A DNA stretch of 64,000 bases. Origin: Cladosporium halotolerans. Lineage: Eukaryota. Position 1 is the stretch's first letter. The number at the start of each line of letters is the position of its first letter. Positions 49,373 through 59,821 of the stretch are shown here, in pieces. The notes beneath the pieces were generated by a model that did no database searches, was not told the DNA's origin, and saw only the letters and a list, made by a program, of their open reading frames with translations. The translations under genes and the position numbers were made by a program. Where the stretch lies: the NCBI RefSeq assembly GCF_011745625.1, contig NW_027191466.1, positions 1-64,000 of the forward strand, in the 5' to 3' direction.

Positions 49373-51259
49373 TTACGCTTCCGCTCCATTCTTCCAGGCT
49401 TCGGGCCAACGGACCACTACATTGGAGATAGGGATCTTCTTGAAAAAGGCGAGGCCGTTGACCCATCTTTTGTTCCTCATGTGCGGAAGCTCATCACTTG
49501 AGTCATCGATTTCGACGTGTAAGGACAAATGTCGCATACAAAGTCTCCCGTCGTCGTCGGGCTTGAGGTCATTGTGCCATGATGTGAAGGCCCAGAACAA
49601 TTTCATCTCTCGAGGACTGACAAATATTGCAACAGCATTTTTGGATCTACCTAAGTCAGCGATGACAAGGTGGTCTCCCGCGTCTATCGCTTGGGCGATT
49701 TTCTTGGCCATCTGGTCCATGTAGACTTTTCGCGAGGTAAGTGGATGCTCAACAATACTGTCTTCTCGAACAAATTCCCTGAGAAATTTCGCAGCGCTGC
49801 ACCCCTTGGTTTCACCCTCGCCGTCGCATTTGAAAAGGTAGTCTGCCAGGTCTAACAAGCGATCTCGATGACGATTCATGAGCCTTCTATCGCAGGGGGG
49901 TCGTTCCAATTGAGGCGGGTGCTTGCGACGATCGCATTTGGAGGTGTCAATTGACTCGTATTTGCGCCAAAGGTATTCCTTCGTTTCGATTCCGCACTTG
50001 CGAAGTTTCACGTCGGAAAACCGGCAGCACTTCAACCATGTAAGCTTTTTCCCATGAACCGGTGGGTCAAAATTCTTGAACGATATTCTTTCCAGGTAGC
50101 TTGAGAGGTCTGCAGGATCCGGAAGACTCGTTATTTCCTTAGCGTCGGTGATGACTTCTCCATTCCGTAGATACATCGTTAACGCGCAGGGATTCAATTT
50201 ATCTGTATTTCCGTACTTCTCTTGCAGCGCTTTCGCGCTGAAGCGATACGCATAGTCGCAAGCATTGGCCACTACTGGCAATCGATCGTATGGTTCTGTC
50301 ACTTCTCGCTGCCATACATCTGCAAAGATTCTTGACGACATGGCTCGATTCGCATGTCTCTCTCTGAGTTGGTAGAGCAAGTTGTATTTTCCGAAAGCCT
50401 CGAGTAGGGACTCAGGGTCATGATCAAGAGAACCATGTTTCGTGTCACCTCGGGTTACAGCAAGGAGGAACCGGGTCGCTTCTTCCCGAAAGTCACATGC
50501 GGAGATACAAAGCTTTCCATGCAGAGTGCCAAAATCGTGCGATTTGATTGCATCTGGTTGATGGCGAATTAGCAACTCCATCCGCAGTCCCGCGAGGTAT
50601 TCCTCCTGGAATATCCATGCTCTAGTCCACCAGCGGTCTTTGCGGATGTGAGTCAACAGCTGAAGCGTACTCTCGGTATAAGTCGAGTTGCACGTGAGTA
50701 CAGGGACGCCAGTTTGATCGCCATCCTCATGCCTGTCTGAGACCAGACTCCCGGAGAGCAAGGCGTGGAGCAATTCCAATTCTTCTTGACCAAGTGAAAT
50801 GTCGAGAACACCGAGAGGAAAGTTGCTTCGGCTGTACACAAGATCCATAGAGTCCATTACGATTTGGTGCTCTCCCGGGTTTTGGCAGTCTTTATCAACC
50901 CAAAAGTCAGGGACGTCGACGTGCCGGCAATATCGAATAACTCGACGCAGGATATCGTCGCGGACTTCGCTCGTGAGACACTAATGGCTGAGGGTGTAAA
51001 ACTCATACCCGCCTGTGACGTTGCTGCCTGGGCTTGTTGCCTCTGAGGAGTACGAGACGGCGACAAAATTAGCCGCGTTGCGTGGCAATTTTGTGCGCAC
51101 GAGGGTATTGGTGGACTCTGAACGCAAGCATTCCAGTTCTTCGGCCCACGAGATGGATTTTTTGTTTTCTGTCGCGAGTTTCCCGAGCTCAAGTATCTCA
51201 GACACTAAGCAGGTTGGATCGAGCTCTTCCGAGCATCTACAGGCGGATGTGGATGGCAT
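49373..51259 (-). pseudogene. HET-domain (heterokaryon incompatibility) protein with one in-frame TAG
   Basis: HET motifs FVAVSY, FWVDKDC, MDSMDLVYSRS and DRWWTRAWIFQE lie in one frame interrupted only by TAG at 50983-50981. Confidence 0.8.
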
Positions 51260-51901
51260 GGCTGGGGTGAAACGGCGCGTTGCGTATATCGCTCCTCGAC
51301 AAGAAACTTCACGGAAGAGGCACAGATAGAGAAGTGCTACAGTCCACACCCTGGGGAGGGAGGTGTCTTTGAAGGTATGCCAGCTTCAGCCCAGCCTCTT
51401 CACCGGTCGTATAAGCGACGCTTTGCTGTACATGCATGGGCGCCCTCCGGGTTCCATTCATACGAGCTGCCCCCATCTTTGACGCGCCTCGTCATCTGAG
51501 TGGATAGTTCGCGATGTTTTCGCGTTCAATCTGTGGGTGATTTGACGCGCCCTACCGCCTGCGGCGTAGATGACACCGAGAGCCGGCTGCAGCGATCTCA
51601 CTCTAATAAGTCGCGTCGTTCCCATCTGCTCTCAACAGGCATGTCAGGCGCGATAGAAGCAAGGTCAAGATTGTTGTAGGGTGATGGAGAAGACATAGAA
51701 TGCGAAGTGGCAGTCTGTTATCTCCTTCTATCTCTCCCGCCGAAACCCCACCTTCGTAAAGGAACGAGCGCAAACGCAACCCCGCCAAACTTTGCGGTCC
51801 CGAAATTTGTTCGAACAACTCATTATTGTCCTCCAAATACCACCACAAGCCAGTCTTCGTCCACAACCAAATCGACCTCACTGATCTGCCAATTGCCCAA
51901 C

Positions 51902-52621
51902 ATGAGCGAACTCCCCGCCTGGAAATCCGACCTCATCTCCCTCTGCCTCTCCTCCAACGTCCTCTCCTTCGGCACCTTCAAGCTGAAATCCAACCGGACC
52001 TCGCCCTACTTCTTCAACTGCGGCCTCTTCTCCAATGCAAAGCTGATTCGCGCGATCTCCTCTGCCTATGCGCAAGCGCTGAACACACACGCCGAGGAGA
52101 ACGCCGGCTGGGGCTTCGATGTCCTCTTCGGACCGGCGTACAAGGGCATCCCGCTGTGCGCGACCACCGTGGAGAAGCTTGGATCTCTGGACGAGAAGCG
52201 CTGGGGTGAGGTTGGCTACGCATTCAATAGGAAAGAAGTCAAGGACCATGGCGAGGGTGGACTGATGGTTGGTGAGAGCCTCAAAGGCAAGAGGGTGGTG
52301 ATCATCGACGATGTGATGACGGCGGGCACAGCGATCCGCGAGAGCATTGGGATCATCAAGGCGCAGGGCGGCACGCTGGTTGGCATTGTGGTTGCGGTGA
52401 ACAGGCAGGAGAAGATGCCCAGCCAGAGCGAGAAGGAGGGCAAGGGCGACGATGGCAGCGTGAGGGGCAGCGCGATTGGCGAGGTCAGGAGGGAGACGGG
52501 CGTGCCGGTCATGTCTGTTTTGACTCTGTCGGACCTCATTGAGGGCATCAAGGCCATGGGGAAGAAGGAAGAGGTCGAGAAAATGGAGGAGTACTACAGG
52601 CAGTACGGCACTACGGATTAG
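51902..52621 (+). CDS. URA5: Orotate phosphoribosyltransferase
   Basis: FGTFKLKSNRTSPYFFN, FDVLFGPAYKGIPL, FNRKEVKDHGEGG and PRPP-binding VVIIDDVMTAGTA. Confidence 0.96.
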   Translation: MSELPAWKSDLISLCLSSNVLSFGTFKLKSNRTSPYFFNCGLFSNAKLIRAISSAYAQALNTHAEENAGWGFDVLFGPAYKGIPLCATTVEKLGSLDEKRWGEVGYAFNRKEVKDHGEGGLMVGESLKGKRVVIIDDVMTAGTAIRESIGIIKAQGGTLVGIVVAVNRQEKMPSQSEKEGKGDDGSVRGSAIGEVRRETGVPVMSVLTLSDLIEGIKAMGKKEEVEKMEEYYRQYGTTD

Positions 52622-52901
52622 AGAATCCGTGATCCGGAAACGCTGGAGATGATGCTGCAATGTGCAAAATGCCTATAGACGAAACAACCGAACGATACCC
52701 AAACGAGCTCGAGATATTTCATCTTGCGTAAACCTTTGAAAGATACCAAAAGTGATGGCACCGATAAATGTCGGCATTCCACTCAATGTCCTTGTTGCAG
52801 CAAATACTTTCAGCTATGATACATTCCCCGTCCATCTCGGCCATCGAACGAATCTCATCCGAGCTATCATACAGCAGCGACTCTCCCACCTACCAGCCTA
52901 G

Positions 52902-55900
52902 TCAAGCAGCCCTCCTAGTCCTCGTTGTCGTCCGCCTGGGCTTCACTACCTCGCTGCCACTGCTCTCTTCATCGCCGTCGTCCTGCACTTGACTGCTGAA
53001 GTACGGACTCCTCACAGGGGCAGCCTTGCGGGTACGAGTAGAAGCTCGGCTTTGGCTCTTACGCGGAGTGATCACAACCTGTGGCGAAGCAGCTCTACGC
53101 TCATTGGGGTCTTCCACCCCTCCGATGTCTGAGGAGATGTCCGATAGATCTGACATTGACTCTTCCTTCTCGTCTTCGCTGTCCGAGGGGCTAGGGATGA
53201 CCGGCTGTTTATGCCTCGCCTGTTTGGGCTGGGCTTTGCTTGCCTTCTTCGCAGGCTTGCGACTCGGTGGTGCGGCATCCTCCTCATATTCGACATCGTC
53301 CATGGCGCCGTCCGTGGCTTTGTGCAATGTCTGCAGAGACACAGGAGTGATTGGTGCTTTCGAAGCAGCGGAATCGTCTGCATCTTCAGCGATGAAACCA
53401 CCGCTTTGGTCCTCCGCGCCCTCTTCGATGAGAAAGCCACCATCACCGCCGGCCGCCTGACTCTCATCCTCCTCTTCGTTGAAAAATCCACCTCCCTCAA
53501 CCTCGTCTCCCCTGTCTGCTTTTTGTTGCGGAACCTCTTCCTCTTCATGGCCAGGCCTGAAGAACCCGCCTTCCATCTCCTCCCCGTCATCAGCGGCAGG
53601 TGCGTCAAAAGCGACCTCACGCCTGCCCTCTCGCAGTGCCTTGTTGACAAAAGGGTTGACCTCGTCCCCCTCACCCTCGGCATCCGCATACTCCTTCTGC
53701 ATGCGCTCCACAATCCGCAGCCCAAACAACATTTTCCGCCACCACTGCAGCGCCAGCCCCGTACGCTTTGTATCTTCCTTCCTCTTCTGCTCCGCCTGTT
53801 CAGCATGCCAAGCGTCCCGTACGAGACTCTCATTCTCTTCCGCAACGACAACGCCCGTCAAAACCGGGACAGCACGCTGCTTGCCAAATTCAAAGCCCGT
53901 GCAAGCCTCAGCGAAATCAATCTGCAGTCGCTTGCAAATCTTCGCCGAACCCTTGAGGGGCAAGTGCACGGCACCCTTCGGAACCATAGTCGGAACGTAG
54001 ACGTCCATGTTACCATAAGCGTTCTTAGGAATGACACCGTTCTCGAGCGGCGGCGGGATGATCCAGTCAGTCTGGTCCTGAGCGTACAAACCCTGCTTGA
54101 GCTTCTCCCCAGTTTCCTTTAGGGCATCCTCCATCTCGCGCTTGCGAATCAGAGTTACGGCGCGCATTGGGACGTGCTTCATCGGCTGCTCGCCAGGCTT
54201 GATCGCGCGGCCTTCCTTGTGCCAGGACTCGACGGTCTTGCACACGGCGACGTCGTCGCGGAGGAAAACAGGATACTCTTTTGCTTTGTCGCCCTTGCCT
54301 GTGCAAAAGGTCTTGACAGGCTGCGCGCCAGGGACGATGGCCTCCTCGCGGCGTAGGTGCTGTTCGAGGACGTAGTCGGCAGACTGCTTGTACCACTGCA
54401 AGCTTTCCTTCTCTGCCTCCTTGACTTCTTTGCCCGGCTTGAACGGCTTGAGATCAGTCTGCTCCTCCAAGTCGTCGGCTTTCGAGCGCTTGTTTTCTGG
54501 CTTGTCGTAGACGCTCATCAGAGTGCGAAACCAGTCGTACTCTTCGTATCTTCGCACTTTGCCTTTGCGATTGTAGATGGGAATTTTTTCGACGGGCATG
54601 CGGGTGCCTTTGGTTTTACCAGGGAGCTGATGCTTCTTGAGGTATCGAACGGTGACATCTTTCGCAGTTCCGTCGGCTGCGTATCCGATGGTGTAACACA
54701 TTACCTGTTTCGCAACCTCCGCCCTCTTACCACGAGGTTCGAATGTCTGTAAAAGCTCTTCGGTTGAAGCGATTGTTGAGAGGATGATGGGATCCACTGG
54801 TATGAACTTATGCGATACTGGAGACAGCACCTCGGTCCAATAGTTTGGAAACCCGAGCGATCTATCGTACTTCTTGTTGGATTTCTTCTTCGGGGCAGAT
54901 GGAGTGACATCTATTACAGAAACATCGTCATCATCGTTATCCCCGCCATTTTCGGCATTCTCGTCATCGTTGTCTGACGGTATTGACGACAGCGGACTGT
55001 CCGAATCATCCAGGCTAATCGGATCTCCCTTGTTGCCGCGCGACGACGTTCGAGTCGGTTTCTCTTCTTTGATCGATTTCTTCGTTTGCTTGGGCGTTAA
55101 AGCATCCCTCAACTTCGGCGGTGCAATTTTCTTCGGCTTTTCCTCGACCTCGCTTTCATCCTTCGTGTTGTCAGCTTTTGCCGCTGCTGGCTTGGATGAC
55201 TTTTCGTCAGCCTCTTCCGCCTTGCTCCACCCAAAACCAGCCGGCTGCAGATTTGCTACCATCCTTGTCTCAAGTCCAATCCCTCGCAGCAAAGCAACGA
55301 ACAGCTGCCCACCAACATCGCGAGAGCCCTCGCATTCTTTGGCTGCCTTGCGAAAATCTTTGATGCTGTCGAATCGCTCGCCATGGCTGTCTGCATCACC
55401 ACGATTCTTTTCCCAATCTTTGATCTCATCACGCAGCCTCCTGAGCGGCTTGTATCCTTGCTTGCGAAGTCCAGGCGCTGTCACGGCAAAACGCTTCCTC
55501 CAATAGGCCGTCAATATCTTGAGGAGTCTCAGCAGAGGATCACCATGACTGAGATCCGGCACGCCTTGCTCCAGATGAGCAGCGTTGTAGCTCCAATCTC
55601 GCCCAACGGAAGTGTCCTTGCCCTTTTTACCACGCTTGCTCTTATGCTTGGCCGCCACGGCCTTCTTCTTCGCATCGAGCTCGTCCTTCGTCAACATGCC
55701 CATCGCTTCTCTCCAACGTGTCACCTCACGCTTGACGCCTTCTGTCAGACCATCCACGAGCGTGGTTTGCACCTCTTTGTCGTTTAGCCATGAGTTGCGG
55801 ACGGTGTTGTGCCACATGAGGGCCTGGACATGTAGACAATGCGTTTGCACTCTGATGCGACGTTCTCGCTTCGAAGGGCCCTTGCTGGTTCCGGTCGTAG

Positions 55901-56351
55901 TGATTTCGGGGATGTAGCTTCCATCCTCGTTTACCGATACGGACACGTCCCCAATCTCAAGCTCGGCAGCAGAAAGTGCTGCAGGCGTGCTCGCAGAATC
56001 TGCTTGCTGAAAGGCGTCTTCCCAATCTATGCCATCATCGTCATCGTCCTCGTCGTCGTCATTTTCGTCCTTGCTCACATCTGTCTTGCGTCTTTTCGCC
56101 GTCGGTACGTCTTCGAACTCGTCGCTGTCCGCTTCGCTCAGAGACGACTCGTCATCGTCGTCCAGATCCTTCAGAAACTTCTTCGCCTTCTCGGATGACC
56201 CTTGTCTTTTCCCGAGCTCATCAGCAGCATCGAACAACGACTTCTTGTCTTGCTTCGACTTGGGCTTGGCCGTAGTCTGCTTCTTCGATGGCGGACTGTC
56301 TTGCGCCGGAGAGGCCGAACGCTCCCGCTTGCGAGATACGAAGGGCGGCAT
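52902..56351 (-). CDS. RAD4: Rad4/XPC-family nucleotide excision repair protein
   Basis: GSRDVGGQLFVALLRGIG, YWTEV, KDVTVRYL, YVLEQHLRREE, IPKNAYGNMD and GFEFG (transglutaminase-like plus BHD1-3 domains). Paralogue identity not resolved. Confidence 0.9.
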   Translation of the reverse strand: MPPFVSRKRERSASPAQDSPPSKKQTTAKPKSKQDKKSLFDAADELGKRQGSSEKAKKFLKDLDDDDESSLSEADSDEFEDVPTAKRRKTDVSKDENDDDEDDDDDGIDWEDAFQQADSASTPAALSAAELEIGDVSVSVNEDGSYIPEITTTGTSKGPSKRERRIRVQTHCLHVQALMWHNTVRNSWLNDKEVQTTLVDGLTEGVKREVTRWREAMGMLTKDELDAKKKAVAAKHKSKRGKKGKDTSVGRDWSYNAAHLEQGVPDLSHGDPLLRLLKILTAYWRKRFAVTAPGLRKQGYKPLRRLRDEIKDWEKNRGDADSHGERFDSIKDFRKAAKECEGSRDVGGQLFVALLRGIGLETRMVANLQPAGFGWSKAEEADEKSSKPAAAKADNTKDESEVEEKPKKIAPPKLRDALTPKQTKKSIKEEKPTRTSSRGNKGDPISLDDSDSPLSSIPSDNDDENAENGGDNDDDDVSVIDVTPSAPKKKSNKKYDRSLGFPNYWTEVLSPVSHKFIPVDPIILSTIASTEELLQTFEPRGKRAEVAKQVMCYTIGYAADGTAKDVTVRYLKKHQLPGKTKGTRMPVEKIPIYNRKGKVRRYEEYDWFRTLMSVYDKPENKRSKADDLEEQTDLKPFKPGKEVKEAEKESLQWYKQSADYVLEQHLRREEAIVPGAQPVKTFCTGKGDKAKEYPVFLRDDVAVCKTVESWHKEGRAIKPGEQPMKHVPMRAVTLIRKREMEDALKETGEKLKQGLYAQDQTDWIIPPPLENGVIPKNAYGNMDVYVPTMVPKGAVHLPLKGSAKICKRLQIDFAEACTGFEFGKQRAVPVLTGVVVAEENESLVRDAWHAEQAEQKRKEDTKRTGLALQWWRKMLFGLRIVERMQKEYADAEGEGDEVNPFVNKALREGRREVAFDAPAADDGEEMEGGFFRPGHEEEEVPQQKADRGDEVEGGGFFNEEEDESQAAGGDGGFLIEEGAEDQSGGFIAEDADDSAASKAPITPVSLQTLHKATDGAMDDVEYEEDAAPPSRKPAKKASKAQPKQARHKQPVIPSPSDSEDEKEESMSDLSDISSDIGGVEDPNERRAASPQVVITPRKSQSRASTRTRKAAPVRSPYFSSQVQDDGDEESSGSEVVKPRRTTTRTRRAA

Positions 56352-56924
56352 GATTGAATGAGTTAGGGCGCAAAGAGCGCTGCAATTAGAGGTTACCACA
56401 TAGACTTGGAGTGTACATCACAGCTCCCTGCAAGTAAGGTCGACGCGCTCTGGCAGGCACTTTACGCGCATTGGGTGGATGTTTCTGAGATGGTGACGTC
56501 AGGCAGCCACGCGCAGAGCTGTAGGAGCTGGCTCGTGGTGGTGGCTCGCGTGGGCAGCCTGACAGCCTCAGCCGCAGCCCGTCAGGTCAGGCGTGTCAGT
56601 CAGGTCAGCCCTGCTCCGGCTAGCGAGGCAGGGGCGTCTAGCGCGTCTGGAGGGGCACAGCAATCTCCATTCTTCAACTCCTCCTGGCCCACCATGGAAA
56701 AATAAAGACTCTGACATATCCCTGGACACCTCCTCTCTCCCGCCCGCCGCACCGCCACCTCCTCGCCCTTCGCGTTTTCCTTTTGCTTTCTGTTCTCGGG
56801 AGTTGGCATTTGGCATACAGCACTCTTGCGCGGCATCACGATTTACGCCTGACGATAGACGATATCACGACTCTCCTCGCATCCGCCGCCCCCAGCTCCA
56901 CCTAGCATCACTGCGTAGCTCACC

Positions 56925-57989
56925 ATGGCCGACTTCGCGTTCCAGAGACAGGATGAGAGCAAGGTCATCACCTCCGGCACCACGCAGACCGTGCCTCTGA
57001 CCTGCCACGGCCACTCGCGGCCCATCACCCACCTGGGCTTCTCCACCGCCCTCAACTCCGGCTCCAGCAGCCCTCAGTACTACATGATCTCAGCCTGCAA
57101 AGACCAGAACCCCATGCTGCGCGACGGCATCACTGGCGACTGGATCGGGACCTTCATCGGGCACAAGGGCGCCGTCTGGAGCGCGCGCCTGTCCGAAGAC
57201 GCCACGCTCGCCGCGACCGGCAGCGCCGACTTCAGCGCAAGAGTCTGGGACACATTCACGGGAGAGACGCTGGTGACGCTCGACCACCCCCACATCGTGC
57301 GCGCCGTGGCCTTCCCGCCCGGCCAGCGCCCGGGCGTGCTCGCGACGGGCGGGCAGGACAAGAAACTCCGCCTCTTCGACATCTCCGCCGCGACGAGCGC
57401 GGCCTCGAACCCCGACGTGCCCACCAACGGCACCACAGGCGAGGCCTGCCCCTCGTACGAGATCGGCGCGGGCGACCACCAGGGATCCATCAAATCGATC
57501 ATCTGGACGCGCGACCCGAACTTCCTCATCACAGCGTGCGAAGACAAGACGCTCCGCTGGTACGACCTGCGCACGGGCCGGACAGTCGCGACATTCTTGC
57601 TCGCCGCCCCTCCCTCTTCCTGCGAGCTCAACGCCGGCCTCGACAACCACCCCGACGGCACCGTGTCCGTCGCCGCAGGCAAGAACGTCTACTTCTTCTC
57701 GGGCTCGCAGCCGGGCCAACTGTTGAGCCACATCGCGACGGAGCGGGAAGTGGCGTCTGTGGCGCTGAATGGTACGACGCGGAGGTTCGTGACGGGCTCG
57801 CCGGGCGACACGTGGGTGCACGTGTGGGACTACGACTCGCAGCGGGAGGTGGAAACCGGAAAGGGACACCACGGGCCGGTGTGGACTACGGGGTTCAGCC
57901 CGGATGGGAAACTATACGCTACGGGCAGTGAGGACGGCACGATCAAGCTGTGGAAGTCTGCGGTCGGTGGGTATGGGCTTTGGAGGTGA
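56925..57989 (+). CDS. WD40 protein, STRAP/UNRIP-like
   Basis: VPLTCHGHSRP, PMLRDGITGDWIGTFIGHKGAVW and GHHGPVW...FSPDGKLYATGSEDGTIKLW. Confidence 0.92.
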   Translation: MADFAFQRQDESKVITSGTTQTVPLTCHGHSRPITHLGFSTALNSGSSSPQYYMISACKDQNPMLRDGITGDWIGTFIGHKGAVWSARLSEDATLAATGSADFSARVWDTFTGETLVTLDHPHIVRAVAFPPGQRPGVLATGGQDKKLRLFDISAATSAASNPDVPTNGTTGEACPSYEIGAGDHQGSIKSIIWTRDPNFLITACEDKTLRWYDLRTGRTVATFLLAAPPSSCELNAGLDNHPDGTVSVAAGKNVYFFSGSQPGQLLSHIATEREVASVALNGTTRRFVTGSPGDTWVHVWDYDSQREVETGKGHHGPVWTTGFSPDGKLYATGSEDGTIKLWKSAVGGYGLWR

Positions 57990-59106
57990 GGGAGGGCCTG
58001 GCAGGAGGAATCGTTGAGGTTTTGCCATGAAGACGTCTCTCTCTGGGTGCGGTCTGTTCGCTTGAGAAGCATCACGGATGGCATTCTTCGAGTGGTACCA
58101 GCGAGGTGCACCGCAGGGAGCACGCTGGTGGAGGAAGGCACGCAAGCGACCCGGCTGTGGTCGAAGCAGTCAAGTGCGAAAGGCAGAGACCCCGTCAGCT
58201 GTCGCCTTCGCTGTGCTGCACAGATCCGCCTCTACTACGACGATCAGAATCGCCCGGGAACGCAGGCTGGCGCTTGCCGAAGAAACGGAACTCGCGGCGT
58301 GATCTGAAGTGTGAGAGCAAAACAGCGCTTGGTCAACTCGTGCTACGGACTAGCTACCAACAAGTATCAAGAAGATGCCATACACGCAGGTGGAGGGAGA
58401 GACGGGAATTGGGCGCAGCTAGGACAGAGCAAGGCATGGCAAGGCAGGCAGCAGCCATCAGACCAAGGAACCGAGAAACCAACAGGTGAGCTCTTGACGA
58501 TCGCGCACGAACGAGGGCCTTAAGTCATCGTCCGAGATTCCGATCCCGCTGTATCGGTTTTTATCTTACCATTGCGATCCCTGATATACGTAGATGACTC
58601 TCGCGAGCTGTTACTGAGCAATCATCAACAGAGAATGTCTACTACCTACACTCGCCTTCTCACGCTCTCATCTCAAACCATGGAAATCGCTTAAGCCCAA
58701 ATATTACGGAATGACAGAAGGGTCCTTGGGGGATCAAAATCAAGAGTAAGGCAATAGAATAGATAAAATAGTAAATATCTCACTATCGAATCGAACCTCA
58801 CCAAAGCTCAAAACCAGATCGCATCAGTAATAGCTAGATATCAATCGAAAAGGTAGACAAAGTACGTACGTAAGCGTAGCTGAGAAACGACGAAACAAAA
58901 CCAAGGTATCCCAAAAGCCAGACAGAAGCGATGCGCGTGAAAGCCCGTGCTCCAAAGAAGGAAACGCCCAATGTACCGTACCGTGGCCCTTGCGCGGAGC
59001 ATCATGCTACCTCGAGGTAACGATGACCGACCGCATCATCAAGCAAACGATGAAAAAGCCAGCCCAACCCAACCCAAGCCCCCAAGCCGAAGACTCCTTG
59101 TCAGTG

Positions 59107-59129
59107 AGTGCTAGTGCTAGTGCTAGTGC
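59107..59129. repeat. (AGTGCT)n microsatellite
   Basis: agtgctagtgctagtgctagtgc is directly visible. Confidence 0.8.
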
Positions 59130-59821
59130 GAGTGGTAGTCCATACTCCTGCTGTTTGCTGTTTGCTGCTGTGCTGCGATAAAAAAAAGAAAGACAAAAAG
59201 CAAAGGTCCCCAAGAGCTCCAAGTAATGTGTGTGGGTATCAACCGTTATATCAGTGTTGTTGTTATTGTTTTTTGTGGGTTTTGCGGTTTTTTCTTATTC
59301 CCTTTCCAAAGGTTCAGAAGAGAGGAGTCCAGTCCCGAAGAGGCAATGTGAGTTTTGTTCCTTCTGTCTCGCCTTTGTTTTTTCTTTCCGAGTAACCTTT
59401 CCTCCAGTCATGTCCGCGCCGGTCGGTATCCAGATGACAGTCCGTATCCGTCCATTAATAATAAAGAGTCCGCACATGCGATTTGATGCTGCGTTTACGG
59501 CGCGCCGGGGGTTCGATATCCAACGCCGTAGCTGGAGATCAATCTCCCAAAAGCATAGAAAAGCAATAGCCAATAATCGCCACCCTTCCATACACCCGCT
59601 CATGCTGCGATGACCATGCCGCCCGCGAAGAGACCGTCGCGGGATTGCATATGCCCGGCCGTTTGTTCGTGCATGTACTCCGAAGGGAGAAATCCAGATG
59701 ATCCAGTGATGGAGATGGTATGCGCGTGGTGGTTCCCAAGGAGATAAAAGCAGTAACGCCGTGATCGACATCCGTGTGTCGTGATTTGTTTTCGATTAAT
59801 GCGACGATGAGATGATTCCGA

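Noticed and set aside
26700..51400. Starship-type giant transposon
   Set aside because: No DUF3435 tyrosine recombinase and no identifiable terminal repeats in the window.
59505..59525. GGTTCGA T-loop/B-box-like motif as a tRNA
   Set aside because: No cloverleaf, A-box or acceptor stem can be formed.
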